The notes below the pieces were generated by a model. That model had not been told where the DNA came from, did no database searches, and saw only the letters and a list, made by a program, of their open reading frames with translations. Positions 29,826 through 40,876 of a stretch of 64,000 nucleotides of DNA are shown here, one piece after another. The first letter of the stretch is position 1. Each line of letters begins with the position of its first letter. A program made the translations under genes and the position numbers. The stretch lies in the NCBI GenBank assembly GCA_963827985.1, contig CAWHDI010000043.1:2401-66400 (forward strand). Reading direction: 5' to 3'. Source of the stretch: an uncultured Chloroflexia bacterium (GTDB lineage: Bacteria; Chloroflexota; Dehalococcoidia; GIF9; UBA5629).

Positions 29826-31544
29826 ATGGGTATAAAGATCACCGATACTACATTGCGTGATGCGCACCAGTCGCTGATTGCGACCCGGATGCGGTCCCGC
29901 GACATGCTCCCGATGGTCGAGAAGATGGACAAGGTCGGTTTCTTCTCACTGGAAATGTGGGGCGGCGCCACATTCGACACCTGCATTCGATATTTGAATG
30001 AGGACCCTGGGAACGGCTCAGGGATATACGCAGCAAAGTCAAGACACACGCACCTGCAGATGCTGCTGCGCGGCCAGAACCTGGTCGGATACCGTCATTA
30101 CTCCGACGATGTGGTCAAGGAATTCGTCCGGCTCTCGGTCAAGAACGGCATAGACGTTTTCCGTGTCTTCGATGCGCTGAACGATATCCGGAACATGGAA
30201 CTTGCCATCAAGGAGTGCAAGAAACACAAGGTCCATGTGCAGGGAACGATCTGCTACACGGTCAGCCCCGTCCACACCACTGAGGGCTTTGCCGAAATGG
30301 CGCATCAACTGGAGAACCTGGGCTGTGATTCTATCTGCATCAAGGACATGGCAGGACTGATCTCACCGCCCGAAGCAACTTCAGTGGTAAAGGCAATAAA
30401 GGCCAGGTGAACAATACCCATCGACCTGCATTCGCACTGCTCCAGCGGCATGGCGCCCATGAGCTACCAGGCGGCCGCCGAAGCCGGAGTGGATATCCTG
30501 GATACGGCTTTCTCGCCATTTGCCTGGGGAACTTCGCAGCCTCCTACGGAAAGCGTGGTGGCTGCTTTTCAGAACACTCCGTATGACTGCGGACTGAACC
30601 TGGAGCTGCTCTATGAGATCGGCGAGGACTTCGCCTTGATGGCCGGCAAATACCGGCCGCTGCTCACAGCCGAGGCGACCCGGCCGAGCGTCAATGTGCT
30701 GCTGCATCAGATCCCGGGGGGATGTACTCCAACCTTATCAGCCAGCTGCGTGAGCAGAATGCGCTGGACAAGATAGGAGCAGTGCTCGAAGAAGTGCCGA
30801 GGGTACGCGCAGACCTGGGTTATCCACCGCTGGTTACTCCCACCAGCCAGATCGTGGGCATACAGGCGGTACTCAATATACTAAACGGCGAGAGATATAA
30901 GAAGGTAACCAAGGAAGTGAAAGACTACTTGCTGGGCTACTATGGCAGACCCCCCGGCGAGCTTAACGAAGAAGTCCGCAAGATGGTCGCCGGCGATAGC
31001 AAAGTGATCACAGGCCGGCCCGGAGAGCATCTGGAGCCCGAACTGGCGAAAATGAAAGATGAGGCACGCAAGCTGGGTATCCTGCATAAGGAAGAGGACC
31101 TGGTAACTTACGCCCTTTATCCGCAGGTGGCCGTAAAATTCCTGCGGGGCGAAGCTAAAGAGGAGATCATCGCCGGCCCAACGCCTGTGGCAGCTCCCAG
31201 CCAGCCCGGCGACGACGTGCCCACTGAATTCAGCGTTGACGTCGACGGTGAGATTTTCAATGTCAAGATAACACCGGTGCTTGGCAAGACGATGGAGGTG
31301 GAGAAAAAGGGCAAACCAAAGGAAATACCGGACGGGGCTGTGCTTTCCCCGATGCAGGGCATGGTGCTTAGCGTTAAGGTCAAGGTCGGCGACAAGGTGA
31401 AAGAAGGTGATGTCGTGGTTGTCACCGAGGCCATGAAGATGCAAACCGATATACACAGCCCGTATGACCGGAACGGTGAAAGAGATATTTGCTTTCAACG
31501 GCGAGATCGTCAATAAAGACGATGTCCTGATGGTGATTAGCTAG
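29826..31544 (+). CDS. pycB: Pyruvate carboxylase subunit B (carboxyltransferase plus biotin carrier); several indels
   Basis: DTTLRDAHQSL, EMWGGATFD, IKDMAG, LHSH, YPPLVTPTSQIVG and EAMKM biotin site. The reconstructed C-terminus ends DVLMVIS at 31544. Confidence 0.9.
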
Positions 31545-31545
31545 C

Positions 31546-33041
31546 ATGTTGAAGAAAGTACTTGATCGCCAACCGCGGTGAAATAGCTATACGCGTAATG
31601 CGGGCCTGCCGCGAGCTGGGGATACGCACGGTGGCCGTCTATTCGGAAGCGGACAGGGATGCGCTGTTCGCCAAGTACGCCGACGAGGCCTATTGCATCG
31701 GGGCGCCGCCGGCATCCGAAAGCTATCTGAACATCAAAAAGAATCATCGCAGTTGCCAAAGAAAGCGGGGCTGATGGAATACACCCGGGATACGGGTTCC
31801 TGGCGGAAAACCCCAGCTTTGCCTATGCCTGCGAGCGTGAGGGAATCAAGTTCATCGGCCCCTCGAGCAGGGTAATAGAGCTGATGGGCAACAAGATCGC
31901 CGCGCGGAAGGAGATGACAAAGGCCGGAGTGCCGATAACACCCGGCACCGAAGACTGCGTCAGCGAGTTCGAAGAAGCGCGTAAGGTCGCCAAGGAAATA
32001 GGCTATCCCGTAATTATCAAACCGTCCGGAGGCGGAGGCGGCATCGGCATGACCATAGTTCATGATGAGGCCAATCTGAAAAAGGGACTGGAAAGTTCGA
32101 GCAAAATCGCCGCCAGCACGTTCGGCATGCCCGAAATTTACATCGAGAAATATATCGAACACCCGCGCCATATAGAGTTCCAGGTGCTGGCGGATGCGCA
32201 CGGTAATGTAATCCACCTGGGCGAGAGAGAATGTTCTATCCAGCGGCGGCACCAGAAGCTGATCGAGGAAGCGCCGTCCCCCGCTCTTACTCCCGAGCTG
32301 CGCGCCCGCATGGGTGAGATTGCGGTAAAAGCGGCACGCCAGATCAAGTACGAGAGCGCCGGCACTATAGAGTTCATATTTTCCAAGGGCAAATTTTATT
32401 TCATGGAGATGAATACGCGCATCCAGGTTGAGCACCCGGTAACCGAGATGGTGACAGGCATAGACATTTTGAAAGAACAACTGCTGATAGCTTCGGGCGA
32501 GAACCTTGAAATCAAGCAGCAGGACGTTCACATGAACGGCTGGGCAATCGAATGCCGCATCAATGCCGAAGACCCGCTAAACAATTTCGTTCCCTCCCCG
32601 GGTAAACTGAGGGGCTACCGTTCCCCGGGCGGCGTGGGCATACGCGTGGACAGCGGCGTACACACGCGCTATACCATATCTCCGATGTATGACCCGATGA
32701 TTTCCAAGCTGGTGGCCTGGGGGCGGACACGGGACGAGGCCATCCAGAGAATGAGACGCGCATTATATGAATACGTGATAGTGGGAGTTAAAACCAATAT
32801 ACCTTTCCACAAAGCAGTGATGGAAAATAAGCGGTTCCAGAGCGGCGAACTGGGCACGCATTTCATCACTCAGGAAACGACCCTGATCGAGGACATGCAA
32901 GCCATCATGGCGAGGGAACAGCCGCTTGAAGAAAAACTGTCACAGGTATTCGATGAAAGCAAACGGGCAGCGGCCATGGCCGCCGCCGTAGCATATACTC
33001 AAATGCTTCAGTCCAAATCGAAGAAAAACACTGACTCGTAG
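31546..33041 (+). CDS. pycA: Pyruvate carboxylase subunit A (biotin carboxylase); indels near 31563 and 31745
   Basis: [14 protein letters not shown] (reconstructed), [38 protein letters not shown] and RVDSG. Confidence 0.9.
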
Positions 33042-33066
33042 CGTTCGACATAGACCAGCCTCCCGG

Positions 33067-33372
33067 CTATGAATTCGGGGGTTTCTCATCGCTGCCGGTT
33101 TGACTTTTGCTTTCAGAAAAGAAATCGGACATATTTTTCCCGAAAGCTTGCGCCGCCTTGCCCACTTCTTTGAATTTTGCCTGAACTTCCTCGTCCTTGA
33201 ACCTTTCCCCAAGGGTCTCGGCGGATTCTTTGGCAGCCTTGCCGAGGTCCCTGGCCTTTTCTTTCAACTTCGGATCATTGAATATCTGGCTCATGGCACT
33301 TCCCAACGCCTCAAACATATCGTTAAGATTATCGGCTGCTTTCTTATCTTCGGGATTCTTTTGCTCTTCCAT
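33067..33372 (-). CDS. Hypothetical small coiled-coil protein
   Basis: 101 aa, K/E/A-rich amphipathic repeats (LGKAAKES, VGKAAQAF), GGAGG RBS. Confidence 0.6.
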   Translation of the reverse strand: MEEQKNPEDKKAADNLNDMFEALGSAMSQIFNDPKLKEKARDLGKAAKESAETLGERFKDEEVQAKFKEVGKAAQAFGKNMSDFFSESKSQTGSDEKPPNS

Positions 33373-33510
33373 GCGTACCTCCTGACTGTCTGCGATTCCG
33401 GATTAATTGTACAGTAACCGTCAACCGGCATGCGCTTGCTGTACGGACAAAATTTGATAATATTATGGGAGAAACATTTATCTGTCACTTTCAGGTGAAG
33501 GAGTGGGGAC

Positions 33511-34607
33511 ATGAAGCTGATTAAGGCCGGGGCCGGGGCGGTAATCATAGCCCTCGATAATGAACTGACGATCTCATCAGAACAAGAACTTATGGAAATT
33601 GTGGACTCATTACAGCATGACAGCGTGAATAACATCCTGCTTGATTTTGATCAGGTTAACTTAATGGATAATACCGGATTGAATGTGCTGGTCAAATTGA
33701 GCGTGCGCGCCCGCAAGTCGCGGCAGTCATTATTGGCTATCGGTGTTAGCAAGGGATACCTGGATATATTCAGCATAACGGGATTGGACAGGACCTACCG
33801 GGTTTATGCCAGCCTGAGCGACGTCCTCATGGCTGCAGGGCCAAGCACTGAGCCGGAAGTGAGAAGCATTTTGGACCGCCCGGGCAGGACTGAAGAATGT
33901 GCACTCCCGGGATCTGAGTGCTGGGCGCCATTAAGCAAAAACTGGCCGTGCCAAAGATGCCACAGGAAGCCGTAAATTTGAACGTACACGGCCGCAGAAC
34001 GGCCGGCCCGCTGCAAGGCTTTGGCCAGCTATGGGAAAAGACCTATAGCATCGACCTTTCGGACACAAAGCTGACTCCCGAGGAGATAATCAGCACACTG
34101 AGGAGTAATTTCCCCAAATTCCAGCCTCCGCAAAATCGTTTCTACACTTCGGAGGCCGGTATTAAACCGGGTGAGATTGTGCTGATAAACGCTTCAACGC
34201 CGGCCGGCATGGTTGCCACCGGAGTACTGGTACTTTATACAAGCGCCCGGAGTTTTACGTTTATTACTCCGCAGGGACATCCGGAGGCAGGCTGGGTCAC
34301 CTTCCGGTCTTTCAAGGAAAACGACCGCACCATGATGCAGGTACAGGGACTGGCCCGTGCGAGCGATCCTTTATATGAGGCCGCCTTCCGGATAGCCGGC
34401 GCAAACCTGCAAGAGCAGATCTGGACATACCTGTTGGAATCCCTGGCAAAACACACAGGAAGCAGCTCACAGGTGCAGTTCAACAAACAGTGCCTGGATA
34501 CCTCACTTCAATGGCCGTACTTATTCAATGTTTTCCTGAATGCACAAATATCAAGTATGGCTTTCGGCCTGACCCACCCCTCCAAAAGGCATCGACATGC
34601 GGTGTGA
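33511..34607 (+). CDS. STAS (anti-sigma antagonist-like) domain fused to an uncharacterised C-terminal domain; indel near 33940
   Basis: ILLDFDQVNLMDNTGLNVLV..FSITGLD STAS motif. The second frame continues GPLQGFGQLWEKTY..FITPQGHPEAGW. Confidence 0.7.
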
Positions 34608-36055
34608 TTTAGTTGTAAGGGAACCTGACTTCGACGCTGCGGTAATAGGCTCAGGACCAAACGGACTGGCTGCAGCAATCTACCTGGCGCAGCAAGGTTT
34701 AAAGGTGGTCGTTCTGGAAGCCGCCGACAAAGCGGGTGGAGGGGCAAAGACAGGGGAATTGACGCTTCCCGGATTTAGGCATGACGAGGGCGCCGCGGTA
34801 TTGCCATTGGCGGCTGCTTCCCCCTTTTTTACTTCGTTGGCCCTTTCCCAATTCGGGCTGCAATGGATTTATCCTGCGGCCTCCCTGGCACATCCTTTTG
34901 ATGATGGGACAGCGGCGGTACTCAAGAAATCGATTGAGGAATCGGCGCAAACCCTGGAACGCGACGCTGGTCCTTATGAAAGATTAATGAAGCCGTTAGC
35001 CGGCAACTGGGACAAGCTGTGCCCGGACTTGCTGGGCACCTTCCGGTCCATCTCACATCCGGCGGCAGACGCCAGGCTGGCAATCAAAGCTTTCCACTCG
35101 GCGCAAGGCCTGATCAAACAGCCATTTCAAAGGAAGCAAGGCGAAGGGCTTTTTCGCAGGACTGGCCGCTCACTCAGTATTGCCGCTTAACCAGGTTCCC
35201 TCTGCTGCGTTTGGGCTGGTCATGTGCATGGCGGGACATACGATCGGTTGGCCCATTGCCCGGGGAGGAGCCGGCAGTATATCAAAAGCTTTGGAGCAGT
35301 ATTTGGTTTCTCTTGGAGGCGAAGTTATCACGGGACGTAGAGTAAAGACGGTTAACGATTTGCCCCGCGCAAATGCTGTTTTTTTCGATACTTCACCTAT
35401 TCAAGTCCTTGCAATGTATGGTGACCGGTTGCCAGGCAAGTATAAAAAGTCGCTCCAAGGATACAGGTACGGGCCGGGCATTGTCAAAATGGATTGGGCC
35501 CTATCAGACGCCATTCCCTGGAAAGCCCGGGGATGCGGTCAGGCGGGTACAGTCCACCTTGGCGGTACATATGCGGAAATAGCTGAGTCGGAGCTTGCAG
35601 CCTGGCAGGGAAGGACATCAGATAGGCCTTTCGTCATCCTTTCCCAGCCAAGCCTTTTTGATCCTTCGCGGTCCCCAACCGGGAAACATACGGCCTGGGC
35701 TTATTGCCATGTCCCAAATGGATGCAACTGTGACATGACGCAGTATATTGAATCCCAGGTGGAGCGTTTTGCTCCAGGTTTCAAGGACACCATTTTGTCG
35801 AGGTGTGTTTCCACTCCTGCGGCGCTGGAGCAGGGAAACTCCAACCTGGTGGGAGGAGATATCACCGGGGGCGCACAGACTTTAAAACAGGTAATCTGCC
35901 GACCGCTGTGCCGCCCTGTACCCTACTCGACACCCCTGAAAAGGGTATACTTATGTTCAGCTTCAACTCCACCAGGCGCGGGAGTACATGGCATGTGTGG
36001 CTTTCACGCGGCCAGAGCTTACATGAAGAGTAAACAACGTGGCACTCTGGAATAA
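34597..36055 (+). CDS. FAD-dependent oxidoreductase, phytoene-dehydrogenase-like (COG1233); indel near 35150-35180
   Basis: IGSGPNGLAAA, GGGAKTGELTLPGF, HTAWAYCHVP, NLVGGDI and STPPGAGVHGMCG. Confidence 0.85.
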
Positions 36056-36887
36056 ATTAAAAAACAACCGGGCCATTGCACTGCTGGCCAGAACGATAAC
36101 CGCGTTCGGCGAAGACAACGGCAGCCTGCTGGCAGCCGGTGTCGCCTACAATTTGCTGTTCTCCATATTTCCATTTGCCCTGGTTACAATATCGGTAGCC
36201 GGGTTTTTCATGGAGTCTCCCAGGTTTGAAACCCAGGTCATTAACGCGATCGCCAACCTGATACCCGTTGCAAGGGACATGCTGGAAACAAACCTGCATG
36301 AAGTTGTCAGATCAAGGGCCGAAACCGGCGTTGTCGCCGTAGCGCTGCTCGTGTGGAGCGCATCCTCGTTTTTCAATGCCCTGCGAAAGTCGCTAAACAA
36401 GGCCTGGGGCATCAAGGCGGAAGTTTCATTTTTTAGAGGGCAGGCAAAAGACATTGCAATGCTGATAGGCTCCTTTATCCTGCTGCTGATTTATATGTGG
36501 CTGTCCACGTTGGTACGGATAATTCATACCGCTCATTTTCACAGCGATGATTTCCAGTTCCTTAACAGCACGACAATTTCTTCCACGATTTTCTCCATCT
36601 CTAATGTTATCCTGGCATTTGGGGTTATCCTGCTGCTGTACAGGTTCATTCCAAGTCACAACCCCAACTGGAAAGATATCTGGCCGGGCGCACTGTTGGC
36701 AGCTGCGAGCGTCGAAATCATAAGGTTCGGCTTTATCTGGTATATCGGCGACTTCAGCAGTTATAACCTGGTGTACGGATCAATAGGTGCGGTAATAGCC
36801 CTGCTCGCGTTCATCTATTTGTCGGCCTGGGCCCTGTTGTTTTTCGCCGAGTTAAGCGCCAGCAGCCTGCGCCTGAAATCGCAGTAG
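36039..36887 (+). CDS. YihY/BrkB family membrane protein
   Basis: LLAAGVAYNLLFSIFP, LNKAWG, LLYRFIP and YNLVYGSIGAVIALL. Confidence 0.9.
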   Translation: MALWNKLKNNRAIALLARTITAFGEDNGSLLAAGVAYNLLFSIFPFALVTISVAGFFMESPRFETQVINAIANLIPVARDMLETNLHEVVRSRAETGVVAVALLVWSASSFFNALRKSLNKAWGIKAEVSFFRGQAKDIAMLIGSFILLLIYMWLSTLVRIIHTAHFHSDDFQFLNSTTISSTIFSISNVILAFGVILLLYRFIPSHNPNWKDIWPGALLAAASVEIIRFGFIWYIGDFSSYNLVYGSIGAVIALLAFIYLSAWALLFFAELSASSLRLKSQ

Positions 36888-36986
36888 CCCATACGAACAG
36901 TCAGGGCTTATACGATACAATTGTGTATCGCACGTATTTATGCAAGAATTGTTCGTAGTGGGAATTATTAGATACGGGAGGAGAGC

Positions 36987-38186
36987 ATGATCAATAAGCT
37001 GGAAAGGTTTTTTGCGACATTTGCGGCCATTCTGATTATCTCGATTCTGCTGTTTGTCCCCGTACATGCGGCCGATGCACGTTCCGGGCAAAATGTGGAT
37101 GTTTCCGCCAGCGAGGTAGTAAACGATGACCTCTACCTGGCGGGATCGGAAATAACAGTCGATGGTACGGTGAATGGAGACATAGTGGCCGTAGGAAACC
37201 GTATCACAATCAATGGCACTGTAAACGGAAGCATCACTGCCGCCGCCTCAACAATCACTATCAACGGCACTATCGCAAACTCCATCCGGGCGGGCGGCGC
37301 TACCGTGATTATGAACGGCAAAGCCGGGAATGACCTCGTAGCGCTAGCCGGGCAGGTGACAGTATCATCTTTGAGCAAAATCGGGCGTGACCTGCTGGCG
37401 AACGCCGGGAATGTTGACGTGAACGGCCCCGTGGCCAGGAACATCATGTGTAATGCAGGCAGTTTCACGCTGGGCAGCAGCGTCGGCGGAAATGTTAAAG
37501 CAGAGGCAACAGAGGTCAAACTAGGACCGTCTGCAAGCGTGGGCGGCGACTTTGAGTATACGTCCGCAGCCGAAGCATCCGTGGCTGCCAGTGCATCGAT
37601 CAAAGGTCAAGTAAAACATATTCTGCCGGAGAAGACGCCGGCCCCTTCCAATCAGAATGTGGCAACAGCAGTGGGGGCATTCATTTCCGCGGTTATTGCC
37701 TTTATTTTCGGGTTAATTATAGTCCTGGCGATGATCAAATATGCGGCTGCGCTGCTTGTGGCGATCGTTATCATACTTGTTGCCAGGAAGCAGCTGGAGA
37801 ACGTAATTGAGGGCCTGAGGACGAGACCATGGCTATGCCTCGGTTGGGGCGCAGTGATTGCTGTGCTGGTGCCCATTGGCGCAGTGATCCTGTGCATCAC
37901 GATCGTGGGCATACCACTGGCCGCGGCAGCACTGGCCGCCTACGTAATCGCCCTGTTCCTCGGCCATGTAATCACGGCCATTTTCCTGGGTAAGTGGATG
38001 CTGAGGCAGCCTGTCCAGGATGGCACGACAGGGCATCTTATAGGGGCGGCCGCTCTGGGGCTGCTGGTGATATACGTAGTTGGACTGATCCCGGCAATCA
38101 GCATCATTACGGACCTGGCGGTCCTCCTGTTCGGATTTGGATCGATCATCTACTATATCAAAGAGAAATCGGCCGGAAAGGCATGA
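36987..38186 (+). CDS. Bactofilin-like (polymer-forming) beta-helix repeat protein with C-terminal TM bundle
   Basis: Signal/TM segment, repeated DLYLAG/TVDGTVNGDI/TINGTVNGSI/GDFEY units, then about 5 TM helices with ITIVGIPLA. Confidence 0.7.
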   Translation: MINKLERFFATFAAILIISILLFVPVHAADARSGQNVDVSASEVVNDDLYLAGSEITVDGTVNGDIVAVGNRITINGTVNGSITAAASTITINGTIANSIRAGGATVIMNGKAGNDLVALAGQVTVSSLSKIGRDLLANAGNVDVNGPVARNIMCNAGSFTLGSSVGGNVKAEATEVKLGPSASVGGDFEYTSAAEASVAASASIKGQVKHILPEKTPAPSNQNVATAVGAFISAVIAFIFGLIIVLAMIKYAAALLVAIVIILVARKQLENVIEGLRTRPWLCLGWGAVIAVLVPIGAVILCITIVGIPLAAAALAAYVIALFLGHVITAIFLGKWMLRQPVQDGTTGHLIGAAALGLLVIYVVGLIPAISIITDLAVLLFGFGSIIYYIKEKSAGKA

Positions 38187-38232
38187 TCCTGACTAAAGAA
38201 ACGAATTAAGAACGGGATAATAACCATAACAA

Positions 38233-38266
38233 AAGGGGCTGATCGTGGGATCAGCCCCTTATTTTC
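38233..38266. terminator. Intrinsic terminator between convergent genes
   Basis: 11-bp stem AAGGGGCTGAT / ATCAGCCCCTT flanked by A and T runs. Confidence 0.8.
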
Positions 38267-38285
38267 AAGTCAACAGTAACTGTGC

Positions 38286-38624
38286 TTATTTCGCTACTTT
38301 ATCAAGTTCCCTGAGGTGGGTATCAATTCCCTTACCAAAGAGCTTCAGAACGATCGGCTCACCGTCGCCATACTTTTTGTACACGCGGCAGGTCTCGCAA
38401 ATGCTGGTATCGCGTCCAGTGGAACCTTTGTCATCCAGCTTGCAATAAGTCCCTTCGATCTCCCAGCAGGGCAAGAACTGATACTTGGAAACCGGGCATT
38501 CGTTGGTAATCATTTCAGGGCAGTTGCAGAGTTTGTAACATGATGTCTTGTCGGCCCAGAAATTTACGCCTTGCTCTTCTTTAACCTCAGTGGCTTTCTT
38601 CGCCTTAACTTTATTTTCAGCCAT
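38286..38624 (-). CDS. Two-CW-type Cys-rich small protein (paralog A)
   Basis: C..LCNC..ECP..KYQFLPCWEIEGTYC..ICETCRVY, with AGGAGG RBS. Confidence 0.75.
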   Translation of the reverse strand: MAENKVKAKKATEVKEEQGVNFWADKTSCYKLCNCPEMITNECPVSKYQFLPCWEIEGTYCKLDDKGSTGRDTSICETCRVYKKYGDGEPIVLKLFGKGIDTHLRELDKVAK

Positions 38625-38725
38625 TTTATTTTCCTCCTATACTGGTCTGTCAATGTTATTTGTTGACAATAACAATTTATCATGCGGTATGCTTAACGCC
38701 ATCCGTCTTAACGCTTAAAGTGAGT

Positions 38726-38741
38726 TTGCGCAAAAGCGCAA
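38726..38741. promoter_or_regulatory. Palindromic operator TTGCGC-N4-GCGCAA upstream of paralog A
   Basis: Perfect 6-bp arms, 46 nt upstream of extended -10 TGaTAAATT (38674-38682, minus strand). Confidence 0.7.
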
Positions 38742-38771
38742 GTGTCCGCGACAGATTATTGCGGGCGCAAT

Positions 38772-38805
38772 AAAAAATTCCCCTCTCTGACGGGAGAGGG
38801 GAATT
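38772..38805 (-). terminator. Intrinsic terminator after paralog B
   Basis: 12-bp stem AATTCCCCTCTC / GAGAGGGGAATT followed by a T-run on the minus strand. Confidence 0.8.
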
Positions 38806-38830
38806 AAATCCCTTAGTTGGAATTGCGTTT

Positions 38831-39172
38831 TTACCTTACGGCGGTCTGCTCCAGCGCCTTCAAAGAGGTATTGATCCCGCGTCCCATTAACTTCAACTGT
38901 ATGGGTTTGCCATCACCGTATGTCTTATATACACGGCATATCTGACAAATGCTGGTATCTTTCCCATCAGTCCCATAATCATCCAGCTTGCAGTAAGTAC
39001 CTTCAATCTCCCAGCAGGGAAGAAACTGATACTTAACAGCCGGGCATTCTGCTTTAACCATATTAGTGCAATGCGACACTTCCCAGCACGGCTTCTTATC
39101 TGTCCAGAAGTTAAACCCGCGTTCCTCTTTGATTTCTGCTGCGGTCTCTATCTTTTCAATTACTTTTTCCAT
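38831..39172 (-). CDS. Two-CW-type Cys-rich small protein (paralog B)
   Basis: KPCWEVSHC..ECPAVKYQFLPCWEIEGTYC..ICQICRVY. ATG at 39172 after AGGAGG. Confidence 0.75.
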   Translation of the reverse strand: MEKVIEKIETAAEIKEERGFNFWTDKKPCWEVSHCTNMVKAECPAVKYQFLPCWEIEGTYCKLDDYGTDGKDTSICQICRVYKTYGDGKPIQLKLMGRGINTSLKALEQTAVR

Positions 39173-39262
39173 TTTCTTGCCTCCTGTTTCCTCTTTTCCA
39201 GGTTGCTCATACTTTAACATCGCATGCAACCCCGAGCATCCGCCTTAATGCCTAATATGCAA

Positions 39263-39278
39263 TTGCGCTTTTGCGCAA
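39263..39278. promoter_or_regulatory. Palindromic operator TTGCGC-N4-GCGCAA upstream of paralog B
   Basis: Same palindrome, again 46 nt upstream of extended -10 TGtTAAAGT (39211-39219, minus strand). Confidence 0.7.
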
Positions 39279-39444
39279 CTGTTCATATGCATTAAATACG
39301 ATCAGGGTACTCGCGAAAGCCCCTGCGGAAGTGGCAACCGGGCATTTTAAGTGATTTCAGAAAACAGCTAGGTGTTTCAGTACCCGGTAGGCAGGCGGTG
39401 CGCCAATTATCTAATTATTGTGAGCAATGCTATAATTTTTTACT

Positions 39445-40788
39445 TTGTCGGGTCCATCTAACAGGGAGAGCAAGATATTGTCCCAAAATGTAAAGTCCGG
39501 GAGTTTCTATGGATGGATATTGCTGCCCATCCTGTGCCTCGTATATTCAATACCGATCGGATTTGCATTGTACGGCCCCCCGGTAATATACCGGTTCATG
39601 CAAAAGGAACTGCCCTGGCAACGCGGGGAGATCAACCTGGGCTACACGTTCATCGGTGTAATGATAGGAGTGGGCGCCTTTATAATCCCCTGGCTGATGG
39701 GCCGCTTCGGACCAAGGAAAACACTGACAATCGGCTGCGTTTTGACGGCCGTCTCGGTACTGTGCATGGCCTTCCTGGGCCAAATCTACCCGGTGTACCT
39801 GATACTATGCTTTTTTGTTGGCCTTGGCATCGCTTTGGGATCGATCATCCCCGTGCAGGCGCTGGTGCTGTTATGGTTTAACGTGCACCGAGCACTGGTC
39901 ATGGGCCTGGTCCTGGGAGGAGGGGCAATCGGAGGTTTCATATACCCGCAGATAATCAGCGGCGCCATCGTAGCCTTCGGAGGAGACTGGAGAGTTGGCT
40001 GGGTGGCAATTGGGATTGCCTGCCTTGCGGGCGCCGTCATCGCCATAATTGCAGTGCGGAACAGGCCTGAAGACCTTGGACAGCATCCAGACGGCCTGGC
40101 CCCACAAGCGCTGCAAAAAGCTATGTCTCACGTGAAACACAGGCCTATTAAAACGTACCGGTCACCCGTCAACTGGAGTTTTAGAGATGCGTTGAAAACC
40201 AGGATATTGTGGTTCATCATAATCGGCGTGTCGTTAATCTTCTTCCTGTGGCAGACGGTGCTCACCCAGACACCGGCCCATTTGAGCGACAGGGGATTTT
40301 CCGCCGCAGACCCCGTGCTTTTTCTGCAGCCGACGTTCGTTTATGGGCTGGTGCTGGCATTCAGCATAGTCGGCAGACTGAGTGTTTCGTTCCTGGGGGA
40401 ACTAATCGAAAGCCGGTTCCTCATTGCAATAGCGGGCCTATGCCTGATAACCGGCGGCGTGCTTTTCTGGTTGGCTTCGAAGGATAACCTGTGGGCAGCT
40501 TACCTTTACCCATTATTCGCGGGCTTCGGTTTCGGCGCTACCTACGTGTCTTACCCACTCCTGCTTGGTAATTATTTCGGTGCAGAATCTTTCCACAAGA
40601 TGAGCGCAATATCCAATCCCATTACGACCGGGTTCCAATATTCAGCAGCATTCTTTGCAGGCCAGATGTACGATGTGAACGGCAACTATGGACTGGCGAT
40701 CATCATCGCCTGCGCTGGCGCTTTCATAGGCACACTCGTTATACTGTTATGCCGGCCGCCAGTACCGCACGGCCCTCCGGCAAGCTAA
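39445..40788 (+). CDS. MFS transporter (OFA/MCT-like)
   Basis: About 12 TM helices, GRFGPRK loop motif, WFNVHRALVMG and LLGNYFG. Confidence 0.85.
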   Translation: MSGPSNRESKILSQNVKSGSFYGWILLPILCLVYSIPIGFALYGPPVIYRFMQKELPWQRGEINLGYTFIGVMIGVGAFIIPWLMGRFGPRKTLTIGCVLTAVSVLCMAFLGQIYPVYLILCFFVGLGIALGSIIPVQALVLLWFNVHRALVMGLVLGGGAIGGFIYPQIISGAIVAFGGDWRVGWVAIGIACLAGAVIAIIAVRNRPEDLGQHPDGLAPQALQKAMSHVKHRPIKTYRSPVNWSFRDALKTRILWFIIIGVSLIFFLWQTVLTQTPAHLSDRGFSAADPVLFLQPTFVYGLVLAFSIVGRLSVSFLGELIESRFLIAIAGLCLITGGVLFWLASKDNLWAAYLYPLFAGFGFGATYVSYPLLLGNYFGAESFHKMSAISNPITTGFQYSAAFFAGQMYDVNGNYGLAIIIACAGAFIGTLVILLCRPPVPHGPPAS

Positions 40789-40876
40789 AACAGGCAGCAC
40801 CCCGCTCAGCAACGCACCGGCCAGCCGGCTATCGAACGCGGGGGACCCAAACAAAACTTCACAACCAATTTAATAA

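Noticed and set aside
30408-30410. In-frame TGA in pycB as possible selenocysteine or readthrough
   Set aside because: The expected residues are R-V-N-I. AGG TGA ACA ATA is explained by a lost G plus a gained A (compensating indels), the site is not catalytic, and no SECIS-like hairpin was seen.
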